Positions 47,011 to 56,286 of a stretch of 64,000 nucleotides of DNA are shown here, one piece after another; the first letter of the stretch is position 1, and each line of letters opens with the position of its first letter. The position numbers and the translations under genes are program-made. The notes below the pieces were generated by a model, which did not search any database, had not been told where the DNA came from, and saw only the letters and a program-made list of their open reading frames with translations. The DNA is from Escherichia coli (lineage in GTDB: Bacteria; Pseudomonadota; Gammaproteobacteria; Enterobacterales; Enterobacteriaceae). The stretch is from the NCBI RefSeq assembly GCF_036507355.1, contig NZ_AP027877.1; one strand, written 5' to 3'.

Positions 47011-47046
47011 GCCGCCCTGCCTGGAACATCCCGGCAGGGCTTTTTA
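47011..47046 (+). terminator. rho-independent terminator after uspG
   Basis: gccctgcctggaacatcccggcagggc followed by ttttt. Confidence 0.65.
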
Positions 47047-47049
47047 ATG

Positions 47050-47084
47050 CCATAAAAAAGCCGCCAGGTTTGACCCCGGCGGCT
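47050..47084 (-). terminator. terminator after ahpF (minus strand)
   Basis: aaaaaagccgccaggtttgaccccggcggct: stem-loop with U-run on the minus strand. Confidence 0.55.
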
Positions 47085-47113
47085 AAGCAATTGCAGGTGA
47101 ATCTTACTTCTTC

Positions 47114-48679
47114 TTATGCAGTTTTGGTGCGAATCAGGTAGTCAAAAGCACTCAGAGAGGCTTTGGCACCTTCGCCAGTGGCGATGATGATCTGCTTGTA
47201 CGGAACCGTCGTACAGTCACCCGCTGCGAACACGCCTTTCACGTTGGTTTCGCATTTCGCATCAATGATAATCTCGCCCATGCGGTTACGTTCGACTGCG
47301 CCTTCCAGCCAGTTGGTGTTCGGCAGCAGACCAATCTGGACGAAAATACCGGCCAGTTCGATGTTGTGAATATCGCCGCTGACACGATCTCGATATTCCA
47401 GACCAACGACTTTGCTGCCGTCGCCTTTCACTTCCGTGGTTTGCGCATTCAGAATAATGTCGACGTTTTTCAGGCTGCGCAGTTTGTCCTGCAGCACCTG
47501 GTCGGCTTTCATTTCTGGCGCAAATTCCAGCAGAGTTACGTGCTCAACGATACCCGCCAGGTCGATTGCCGCTTCCACGCCGGAGTTACCGCCGCCGATA
47601 ACCGCTACGCGTTTGCCTTTAAACAGCGGGCCGTCGCAGTGCGGGCAGTAGGTCACGCCTTTGGTGCGATACTGATCTTCGCCCGGAACGTTCATGTTGC
47701 GCCATTTTGCACCGGTCGCCACGATAATGCTGCGTGCTTTCAGTACCGCGCCAGAAGCTGTTTCAATCTGGTGCAGACCACCTTCAACCGCTGCCGGGAT
47801 TAGTTTGGTGGCGCTCTGGCTGTCGATCACATCAACGTCGTATTCATCAACGTGAACTTTCAGCGCACCTGCCAGTTTCTGGCCTTCGGTCTTCGGTACA
47901 GAAATGTAGTTTTCGATATCAACGGTATCGAGGATCTGACCACCAAAACGTTCGCCCATCAGACCGGTACGGATGCCTTTACGTGCGGAGTAAATTGCTG
48001 CCGCTGCACCCGCCGGGCCGGAACCAACGATTAATACGTCATAAGCATCACGCTTGTTCAGCTCTTCTGCCGCACGTTTTTCCGCGCCAGTATCAATTTT
48101 GGCAACGATTTCAGTCAACGTCATGCGGCCCTGACCAAACTCTTTCCCGTTTACGAACACTGCCGGAACGCCCATCACGTTGCGATCGGTGATTTCGTTC
48201 TGGAAGGTGCCGCCGTCAATTGCAGTATGCTTGATGCGCGGGTTGAGTACGCTCATCAGGTTCAGCGCCTGCACCACGTCCGGGCAGTTGTGGCAAGAGA
48301 GCGAGTAATAGGTTTCGAATTCAAAATCACCGTCAATATGGCGAATCTGCTCCAGCAGAGACTGCGCTTCTTTCGACGGATGACCACCGGTCCACAGCAA
48401 CGCCAGTACCAGCGAGGTGAACTCGTGGCCCAGCGGGGAGCCTGCAAAACGTGGCCCCTGGTTGGAACCTGGGTTGGTGATCAGGAAAGACGGCTTACGC
48501 ACCGGCAAGCTGTTATCTTCTTTAAAGGTGACTTTGTCTGACAGTTCTGCGATTTCAGCCAACAGTTCCTTGATTTCTGCCGATTTAGCGCTGTCATCCA
48601 GCGTGGCAATTAACTCAACAGGCTTGGTCAATTTCTCAAGGTAAGCCTTGAGTTGAGTTTTCATATTTGTGTCGAGCAT
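47114..48679 (-). CDS. ahpF: alkyl hydroperoxide reductase subunit F
   Basis: ORF 47114..48709 trimmed to [13 protein letters not shown]; two CxxC redox centres (CHNC, CPHC); FAD/NAD Rossmann motifs; 521 aa. Confidence 0.95.
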   Translation of the reverse strand: MLDTNMKTQLKAYLEKLTKPVELIATLDDSAKSAEIKELLAEIAELSDKVTFKEDNSLPVRKPSFLITNPGSNQGPRFAGSPLGHEFTSLVLALLWTGGHPSKEAQSLLEQIRHIDGDFEFETYYSLSCHNCPDVVQALNLMSVLNPRIKHTAIDGGTFQNEITDRNVMGVPAVFVNGKEFGQGRMTLTEIVAKIDTGAEKRAAEELNKRDAYDVLIVGSGPAGAAAAIYSARKGIRTGLMGERFGGQILDTVDIENYISVPKTEGQKLAGALKVHVDEYDVDVIDSQSATKLIPAAVEGGLHQIETASGAVLKARSIIVATGAKWRNMNVPGEDQYRTKGVTYCPHCDGPLFKGKRVAVIGGGNSGVEAAIDLAGIVEHVTLLEFAPEMKADQVLQDKLRSLKNVDIILNAQTTEVKGDGSKVVGLEYRDRVSGDIHNIELAGIFVQIGLLPNTNWLEGAVERNRMGEIIIDAKCETNVKGVFAAGDCTTVPYKQIIIATGEGAKASLSAFDYLIRTKTA

Positions 48680-48756
48680 GTTTATCTCCTGGGCTTTAAA
48701 CATCATCATGCAAGCGGCCTCTGCGGCTACCTGGATGCAGCTTGCATCATGGTGCG

Positions 48757-48788
48757 GGGAAGAAAATCGGGTGCCGCAGCACCCGATT
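48757..48788 (-). terminator. hairpin between ahpC and ahpF (partial terminator/attenuator)
   Basis: aatcgggtgccgcagcacccgatt palindrome followed on the minus strand by a U-run. Confidence 0.5.
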
Positions 48789-48807
48789 AATTACGCGATT
48801 GCGGAAC

Positions 48808-49371
48808 TTAGATTTTACCAACCAGGTCCAGAGACGGAGCCAGAGTTGCTTCACCTTCTTTCCATTTAGCCGGGCAAACTTCACCTGGGTGAGAAGCTAC
48901 GTACTGTGCTGCTTTGATTTTACGCAGCAGGTCAGACGCGTCACGGCCAATGCCTTCAGCGGTAACTTCGATTGCCTGGATGATACCCTGCGGGTCAACA
49001 ACGAAGGTCGCACGGTCAGCCAGACCTTCATCTTCACGCATGTTGTCGAAGTTACGGGTCAGGGCGCCAGTCGGGTCGCCGATCATCGCATATTTGATTT
49101 TAGCGATGGTTTCAGAGCTGCTGTGCCATGCTTTGTGGGTGAAGTGAGTATCGGTAGATACTGCGTATACGTCTACGCCCAGTTTCTGCAGTTCTTCGTA
49201 GTGGTCAGCAACGTCACCCAGTTCGGTCGGGCATACGAAAGTAAAGTCAGCCGGGTAGAAGAAGAAGACGCTCCAGCGGCCTTCGGTATCTTTTTCGGTG
49301 ATTTCGATGAATTCGCCGTTTTTGAATGCCTGGTTTTTAAAAGGTTTAATTTTGGTGTTAATCAAGGACAT
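48808..49371 (-). CDS. ahpC: alkyl hydroperoxide reductase subunit C (peroxiredoxin)
   Basis: 187 aa; peroxidatic Cys context FTFVCPTE. Confidence 0.95.
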   Translation of the reverse strand: MSLINTKIKPFKNQAFKNGEFIEITEKDTEGRWSVFFFYPADFTFVCPTELGDVADHYEELQKLGVDVYAVSTDTHFTHKAWHSSSETIAKIKYAMIGDPTGALTRNFDNMREDEGLADRATFVVDPQGIIQAIEVTAEGIGRDASDLLRKIKAAQYVASHPGEVCPAKWKEGEATLAPSLDLVGKI

Positions 49372-49742
49372 CTATACTTCCTCCGTGTTTTCGATGAGAT
49401 GTAAGGTAACCAATTTTTGCCGATTCGGCTAATGCGTTTCCATTATCAAATCGATAAGTTTTACCTTACAACCTTCGTAAGACAACTTTGTGAACTTTGC
49501 ACCGCCAGCGGCGATAAAAAGTAAAATGGCCCCCTTTCCAGGTGACCGTGTAATCTGAACTACCCTTTGGTATCTTCAGCGCCTGCCTGCAGGCAGAGGT
49601 GTTGCCCTTACAAATGCAACAACGACATGGATTACAACACCCTCATAAACAAAGGGCAATCACCTGATCTAAGCTCTTACCTATGACAGTGATAGGTTAT
49701 GCCTTTTACTCGACTTTTGCACTGACTGAAAAGGACAAATTA

Positions 49743-50489
49743 ATGTTAAAAAAGATACTTTTACTGGCTCTGCTTCCTGCAATCGCCTTCGCAGAGGAAC
49801 TTCCTGCTCCAGTAAAAGCGATTGAAAAACAGGGTATTACGATCATCAAAACGTTCGATGCCCCCGGAGGAATGAAAGGTTATCTCGGAAAGTATCAGGA
49901 TATGGGCGTCACCATCTACCTGACTCCAGATGGTAAGCACGCTATCTCTGGTTACATGTACAACGAGAAAGGTGAAAACCTGAGTAACACACTTATCGAA
50001 AAAGAAATTTACGCACCAGCCGGACGCGAAATGTGGCAACGGATGGAACAATCCCACTGGCTCCTCGACGGTAAAAAAGACGCGCCGGTCATTGTCTACG
50101 TCTTCGCCGATCCGTTCTGCCCATATTGTAAACAGTTCTGGCAGCAGGCGCGCCCGTGGGTAGATTCTGGCAAAGTACAGTTGAGAACATTGTTGGTTGG
50201 GGTTATCAAACCAGAAAGTCCGGCGACAGCCGCGGCAATTCTTGCCTCCAAAGATCCCGCAAAAACCTGGCAAGAATATGAAGCCTCTGGTGGCAAGCTT
50301 AAGCTAAACGTGCCTGCAAACGTAAGTACAGAGCAAATGAAAGTGTTAAGCGACAACGAGAAACTCATGGACGATCTGGGGGCAAATGTCACTCCGGCTA
50401 TCTATTACATGAGTAAGGAAAATACGCTGCAACAGGCCGTGGGGTTGCCCGATCAGAAAACGCTTAATATCATTATGGGAAATAAATAA
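49743..50489 (+). CDS. dsbG: periplasmic disulfide isomerase/reductase DsbG
   Basis: ORF 49683..50489 trimmed to [17 protein letters not shown] signal peptide; thioredoxin-like CPYC; 248 aa. Confidence 0.9.
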
Positions 50490-50697
50490 AAGGTAATTCA
50501 TGGATGGTTGAACTATATCCCTGCTTTTCAACCATCCTAAAAAAGCATGAATTGCTCGCTCTGCCCTAAGTGGCTGTGCTATTTTAGAAAAACTTAATCC
50601 TGAGTTAAGCAAAAAAACATAATCAATAAAAATATATACGCAAAAAACATTGATTAAGTGAATATATCATGGAAGAAAAATATAACCGGAGTAGTGT

Positions 50698-51600
50698 ATG
50701 ACCAATCTCTACGACTTGAAAAAGTTCGACTTAAATCTTCTTGTCATATTTGAGTGTATTTACCAGCATTTAAGCATTAGCAAAGCTGCTGAATCACTAT
50801 ATATCACCCCATCAGCCGTGAGCCAGTCGTTACAACGCTTACGTGCGCAATTTAATGACCCTTTATTCATTCGCTCAGGAAAAGGTATCGCGCCGACGAC
50901 AACAGGGTTAAATCTGCATCACCATCTTGAGAAAAATCTCAGAGGCCTTGAACAAACAATTAATATAGTCAATAAGTCCGAACTAAAGAAAAACTTTATT
51001 ATTCACGGCCCTCAGCTCATTTCTTGCTCTAATAATAGTATGCTGATCCGCTGCCTACGGCAAGATTCCTCTGTCGAGATTGAGTGCCATGATATCCTCA
51101 TGTCAGCAGAGAATGCTGAAGAACTGTTGGTTCACCGCAAAGCCGATCTGGTGATCACCCAAATGCCAGTGATCAGCCGTTCCGTCATTTGCATGCCATT
51201 GCATACGATTCGCAATACTCTAATTTGTAGTAATAGGCATCCACGAATTACTGACAATAGCACTTATGAACAAATTATGGCAGAAGAGTTCACCCAATTA
51301 ATATCTAAATCAGCAGGGGTTGATGATATTCAAATGGAAATAGACGAGAGATTTATGAATCGCAAAATTTCATTTCGTGGTTCCTCTTTGCTGACAATCA
51401 TTAATAGCATTGCAGTTACAGATTTACTGGGAATAGTCCCCTATGAACTTTATAACTCCCACCGTGACTTTCTTAATTTAAAAGAGATAAAACTAGAACA
51501 TCCGTTACCTTCAATAAAGCTTTACATTTCCTATAATAAATCTTCTTTAAACAATCTGGTGTTCTCCCGATTTATTGACCGTCTAAATGAGTGTTTTTGA
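50698..51600 (+). CDS. ybdO: LysR-family transcriptional regulator
   Basis: 300 aa; N-terminal HTH; AT-rich gene and upstream region. Confidence 0.85.
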   Translation: MTNLYDLKKFDLNLLVIFECIYQHLSISKAAESLYITPSAVSQSLQRLRAQFNDPLFIRSGKGIAPTTTGLNLHHHLEKNLRGLEQTINIVNKSELKKNFIIHGPQLISCSNNSMLIRCLRQDSSVEIECHDILMSAENAEELLVHRKADLVITQMPVISRSVICMPLHTIRNTLICSNRHPRITDNSTYEQIMAEEFTQLISKSAGVDDIQMEIDERFMNRKISFRGSSLLTIINSIAVTDLLGIVPYELYNSHRDFLNLKEIKLEHPLPSIKLYISYNKSSLNNLVFSRFIDRLNECF

Positions 51601-51746
51601 TATATAACTTCAGACAGCTACTATAACTTTCACCTATTTATTCACAGCGCGAATGAAAAATAAAACACTCTGCTTTTCAGTGTTTACTTTATAATTAACA
51701 GTCTTATCTCACTGATCACCCTGTAACGTTCAGAGAGCGTCTTCAG

Positions 51747-52967
51747 ATGTCTATTTATAAAATTCCTCTTCCGCTCAATATTCTGGAAGCTGCACGAGAG
51801 CGTATTACCTGGACACTCAACACCCTACCCCGCGTTTGTGTCTCATTTTCTGGCGGCAAAGACTCTGGTTTAATGCTGCATCTGACAGCCGAACTTGCCC
51901 GACAAATGGGCAAAAAAATCTGCGTTTTGTTTATCGACTGGGAGGCGCAATTCTCTTGCACCATTAACTATGTTCAGTCCCTGCGCGAGTTGTACACCGA
52001 TGTCATCGAAGAGTTTTACTGGGTTGCGCTCCCGCTTACGACGCAAAATTCCCTTTCACAATACCAACCCGAATGGCAGTGCTGGGAACCTGATGTCGAA
52101 TGGGTGCGTCAGCCCCCGCAAGATGCGATAACCGATCCTGACTTTTTCTGCTTTTACCAGCCAGGCATGACCTTCGAACAATTTGTACGTGAGTTTGCCG
52201 AATGGTTTTCACAAAAACGTCCGGCGGCGATGATGATCGGCATCCGTGCGGATGAGTCCTACAACCGTTTTGTCGCCATCGCCAGTTTAAATAAACAACG
52301 TTTTGCCGACGATAAACCCTGGACTACGGCCGCACCAGGCGGTCATAGCTGGTACATTTACCCCATTTACGACTGGAAAGTGGCTGATATCTGGACCTGG
52401 TATGCAAATCATCAAAGTCTCTGCAACCCACTGTATAACCTAATGTATCAGGCAGGCGTTCCTCTGCGTCATATGCGAATTTGCGAACCTTTTGGCCCGG
52501 AGCAACGACAAGGATTATGGCTCTATCACGTTATCGAACCGGATCGCTGGGCTGCTATGTGCGCACGAGTCAGCGGGGTAAAAAGTGGCGGCATTTACGC
52601 CGGACATGACAATCATTTCTATGGGCATCGGAAAATCCTCAAGCCAGAACATTTAGACTGGCAAGAATATGCATTATTGCTGCTCAATAGCATGCCAGAA
52701 AAAACAGCTGAGCATTACCGCAATAAAATCGCCATTTATTTGCACTGGTATCAGAAAAAAGGCATCGAGGTTCCACAAACCCAGCAAGGGGACATTGGCG
52801 CGAAAGATATCCCTTCCTGGCGGCGGATATGCAAAGTTTTACTCAATAACGATTACTGGTGTCGGGCATTATCATTTAGTCCTACGAAAGCGAAGAACTA
52901 TCAGCGTTATAACGAACGGATAAAAGGAAAACGTCAGGAATGGGGGATACTATGCAACAACGATTAA
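51747..52967 (+). CDS. ybdN: PAPS-reductase-like PP-loop ATP pyrophosphatase family protein
   Basis: 406 aa; PP-loop motif SFSGGKDS near N-terminus. Confidence 0.85.
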   Translation: MSIYKIPLPLNILEAARERITWTLNTLPRVCVSFSGGKDSGLMLHLTAELARQMGKKICVLFIDWEAQFSCTINYVQSLRELYTDVIEEFYWVALPLTTQNSLSQYQPEWQCWEPDVEWVRQPPQDAITDPDFFCFYQPGMTFEQFVREFAEWFSQKRPAAMMIGIRADESYNRFVAIASLNKQRFADDKPWTTAAPGGHSWYIYPIYDWKVADIWTWYANHQSLCNPLYNLMYQAGVPLRHMRICEPFGPEQRQGLWLYHVIEPDRWAAMCARVSGVKSGGIYAGHDNHFYGHRKILKPEHLDWQEYALLLLNSMPEKTAEHYRNKIAIYLHWYQKKGIEVPQTQQGDIGAKDIPSWRRICKVLLNNDYWCRALSFSPTKAKNYQRYNERIKGKRQEWGILCNND

Positions 52968-53569
52968 CGCAGGATTTAACGCAATTTCTCGCCAGCTTGC
53001 CGGAAGATGATCGCATCAACGCGATTAATGAAATCCGCATGGCGATCCATCAGGTTAGCCCCTTTCGTGAAGAGCCAGTGGATTGCGTTCTGTGGGTTAA
53101 AAACAGCCAACTTATGCCTAATGATTACAACCCAAACAACGTGGCACCACCCGAAAAAAAACTGCTGAAAAAATCCATTGAAATAGATGGTTTTACCCAA
53201 CCCATTGTGGTCACGCATACGGATAAAAATGCCCTGGAAATCGTGGATGGTTTTCACCGCCATGAAATTGGTAAAGGCTCATCATTATTACAATTACGCT
53301 TAAAAGGTTATTTGCCGGTGACCTGTCTGGAAGGTACGCGTAATCAACGCATCGCCGCGACTATTCGTCATAATCGCGCTCGTGGACGCCATCAAATCAC
53401 CGCCATGTCGGAAATCGTCCGTGAACTTAGCCAGTTGGGATGGGACGATAATAAAATTGGCAAAGAGCTGGGAATGGACAGCGACGAAGTGCTGCGCCTG
53501 AAGCAAATTAACGGCCTGCAAGAGTTGTTTGCCGACCGTCAATATTCCCGCGCCTGGACGGTTAAATAG
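52940..53569 (+). CDS. ybdM: ParB/sulfiredoxin-like domain protein
   Basis: 209 aa; DGFHRH motif; overlaps ybdN 3' end by 28 nt. Confidence 0.8.
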   Translation: MGDTMQQRLTQDLTQFLASLPEDDRINAINEIRMAIHQVSPFREEPVDCVLWVKNSQLMPNDYNPNNVAPPEKKLLKKSIEIDGFTQPIVVTHTDKNALEIVDGFHRHEIGKGSSLLQLRLKGYLPVTCLEGTRNQRIAATIRHNRARGRHQITAMSEIVRELSQLGWDDNKIGKELGMDSDEVLRLKQINGLQELFADRQYSRAWTVK

Positions 53570-54730
53570 CTAAAGCTGGCGCAGGCGTTCAGCTGCTGCC
53601 AGCAACGTCGATTCCTTCTTGGCAAAACAGAGACGAATCAGTTTATGAGGGAAGGGATCGGCGCAAAACACCGATAGCGGAATCGCCGCTACGCCGTGCT
53701 CCTGCGTCAGCCACTGGCAAAACTCAACATCATCCAGGGTAGATACGGCGCTGTAATCCACCAGCAAAAAGTATGTACCTTCACACGGTAAAATCTCCAG
53801 CCGGCTTTCATTTAAAGCATTCACCAGAATATCGCGCTTCTGGCGATAAAAGTCCGGTAACGCAAGATAATGCTCAGGTTCTGCACATAGCATATCAGCA
53901 AGCGCCAGCTGTGCCGGGGTATTCACCGAAAAGGTCAGATACTGATGTACCTTGCGAATTTCGGCACTGATGGGCGCTGGCGCAACGCAATAACCCACTT
54001 TCCAGCCGGTCATATGATAGGTCTTGCCAAACGATGACACCGCCACTGCCCGCTCACGCAGCTGCGGATGTGCCAGCACGCTGGCATGGCCCTGCTGTGA
54101 AAAGTTGATGTGCTCGTAGACTTCATCGCTAATGACAAAAATCTCGTGCCCGGCAATCGCCTGCCACAAAGCGGCGAAATCAGCCTGCTGCCAGACAGTA
54201 GCGCTGGGGTTATGCGGTGTGTTGAGGATCACCAGTCGGGTACGATCGCTTAACAAAGCGGCAAACTCCTGCCAGTCCACGCGAAAATACGGCGGTTGCA
54301 GCGCAATACGTTTCACTATCCCCCCAGAAAGCACGATGGCAGGGGCGTAACTGTCATAGCTGGGATCAAAACAAATCACTTCGTCGCCATTGCGCACCAA
54401 TGCGGTTATCGCTGCGTATAACGCCTCCGTCGCCCCTGCCGTCACGGTGATATCGCTGTCGGCATCCGGTTGATAGCCATACAGACGTTCCGTTTTCTGA
54501 GCAATCGCCTCGCGCAATGCCTGCACGCCGGTCATGGGCGCGTATTGGTTTGCCCCCTGGGCAACGTGGTACGCCAGCCGCTCCTGTAAATAGCGCGGAC
54601 CATCAAAATCAGGAAAGCCTTGCGAAAGGTTAATCGCCTGGTGTTGCTGCGCCAGCGCGCTCATCTGGGTGAAAATAGTGGTGCCAAGTTGTGGAAGTTT
54701 GCTTTGTGGAATCAGAGGGTTATTTGTCAT
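53570..54730 (-). CDS. ybdL: PLP-dependent aminotransferase (methionine-oxo-acid transaminase)
   Basis: 386 aa; aminotransferase class I fold with SFGKT lysine motif. Confidence 0.9.
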   Translation of the reverse strand: MTNNPLIPQSKLPQLGTTIFTQMSALAQQHQAINLSQGFPDFDGPRYLQERLAYHVAQGANQYAPMTGVQALREAIAQKTERLYGYQPDADSDITVTAGATEALYAAITALVRNGDEVICFDPSYDSYAPAIVLSGGIVKRIALQPPYFRVDWQEFAALLSDRTRLVILNTPHNPSATVWQQADFAALWQAIAGHEIFVISDEVYEHINFSQQGHASVLAHPQLRERAVAVSSFGKTYHMTGWKVGYCVAPAPISAEIRKVHQYLTFSVNTPAQLALADMLCAEPEHYLALPDFYRQKRDILVNALNESRLEILPCEGTYFLLVDYSAVSTLDDVEFCQWLTQEHGVAAIPLSVFCADPFPHKLIRLCFAKKESTLLAAAERLRQL

Positions 54731-54838
54731 TTTTATTGTGCCTGACGAAGTTGTGTGTTGAAGGCACTATAACACGATGCTAGTATTTGGCAATCAAGAC
54801 GTTTAGATGTCTAAATAAAACAACAAGGACAACACAAC

Positions 54839-55927
54839 ATGCCTCACAATCCTATCCGCGTGGTCGTCGGCCCGGCTAACTACTTTTCACATCCAGGAAG
54901 TTTCAATCACCTGCACGATTTTTTCACTGATGAACAACTTTCTCGCGCGGTGTGGATCTACGGCGAACGCGCCATTGCTGCGGCGCAAACCAAACTTCCG
55001 CCAGCGTTTGGACTTCCAGGGGCAAAGCATATTTTGTTTCGTGGTCATTGCAGCGAAAGCGATGTACAGCAACTGGCGGCTGAGTCCGATGACGATCGCA
55101 GCGTGGTGATTGGCGTCGGCGGCGGCGCACTACTCGACACCGCGAAAGCCCTCGCCCGCCGTCTCGGTCTGCCATTTGTTGCCGCTCCAACGATCGCCGC
55201 CACCTGCGCCGCCTGGACACCGCTCTCCGTCTGGTATAACGATGCCGGACAGGCGCTGCATTATGAGATTTTCGACGACGCCAATTTTATGGTGCTGGTG
55301 GAACCAGAGATTATCCTCAATGCGCCGCAACAATATCTGCTGGCGGGGATCGGTGACACGCTGGCGAAATGGTATGAAGCGGTGGTGCTGGCTCCGCAAC
55401 CAGAAACGTTGCCGCTAACCGTGCGACTGGGGATCAATAATGCGCAGGCCATTCGCGACGTCTTGTTAAACAGTAGCGAACAGGCGCTGAGCGATCAGCA
55501 AAATCAACAGTTAACGCAATCATTTTGCGATGTGGTGGATGCTATTATTGCTGGTGGTGGGATGGTCGGTGGTCTGGGCGATCGTTTTACGCGTGTGGCG
55601 GCGGCTCATGCCGTGCATAACGGTCTGACCGTGCTGCCGCAAACCGAGAAGTTTCTTCACGGCACCAAAGTCGCCTACGGAATTCTGGTGCAAAGCGCCT
55701 TGCTGGGTCAGGATGATGTTCTGGCGCAATTAACTGGAGCGTATCAGCGTTTTCATCTGCCGACTACGCTGGCGGAGCTGGAAGTGGATATCAATAATCA
55801 GGCGGAGATCGACAAAGTGATTGCCCACACCTTGCGCCCGGTGGAGTCCATTCATTACCTGCCAGTCACGCTGACACCAGATACGTTGCGTGCAGCGTTC
55901 GAAAAAGTGGAATCGTTTAAAGCCTGA
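54839..55927 (+). CDS. ybdH: iron-containing alcohol/hydroxycarboxylate dehydrogenase (glycerol dehydrogenase-like)
   Basis: 362 aa; GVGGGALLDTAKA nucleotide-binding motif. Confidence 0.88.
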   Translation: MPHNPIRVVVGPANYFSHPGSFNHLHDFFTDEQLSRAVWIYGERAIAAAQTKLPPAFGLPGAKHILFRGHCSESDVQQLAAESDDDRSVVIGVGGGALLDTAKALARRLGLPFVAAPTIAATCAAWTPLSVWYNDAGQALHYEIFDDANFMVLVEPEIILNAPQQYLLAGIGDTLAKWYEAVVLAPQPETLPLTVRLGINNAQAIRDVLLNSSEQALSDQQNQQLTQSFCDVVDAIIAGGGMVGGLGDRFTRVAAAHAVHNGLTVLPQTEKFLHGTKVAYGILVQSALLGQDDVLAQLTGAYQRFHLPTTLAELEVDINNQAEIDKVIAHTLRPVESIHYLPVTLTPDTLRAAFEKVESFKA

Positions 55928-55936
55928 CGTGCAAAT

Positions 55937-56134
55937 TTAGCAGCAGCGCGCGCCGCCTTTTCCACCGTAGCGCGCGTCCTGCCGCTCACGGAAAAACTCT
56001 TCGTAGGTCATCGGCGTTTGATCGGGATGGTTAACCCGCATATGTTCGACATAGTTGTCGTAATCAGGCATACCAATCATCAGTTTCGCCGCCTGACCTA
56101 AATATTTTCCGGCTTTTGCCAGTGAATCAAACAT
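55937..56134 (-). CDS. ybdD: DUF466 small protein downstream of cstA
   Basis: 65 aa [33 protein letters not shown]. Confidence 0.85.
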   Translation of the reverse strand: MFDSLAKAGKYLGQAAKLMIGMPDYDNYVEHMRVNHPDQTPMTYEEFFRERQDARYGGKGGARCC

Positions 56135-56286
56135 CAATACCTCCGGTAAACAGGTTGCTGAGAGAGTGCATTAATAGCTATCAACGCGCTCGGTCAGTCC
56201 CCTCGCCCCATCGAGGAGAGGGTTAGGGTGAGGGGGAACCCTCGGCACTATGCCAACATTCGCCAACATCCCCCCTCACTCTGACT

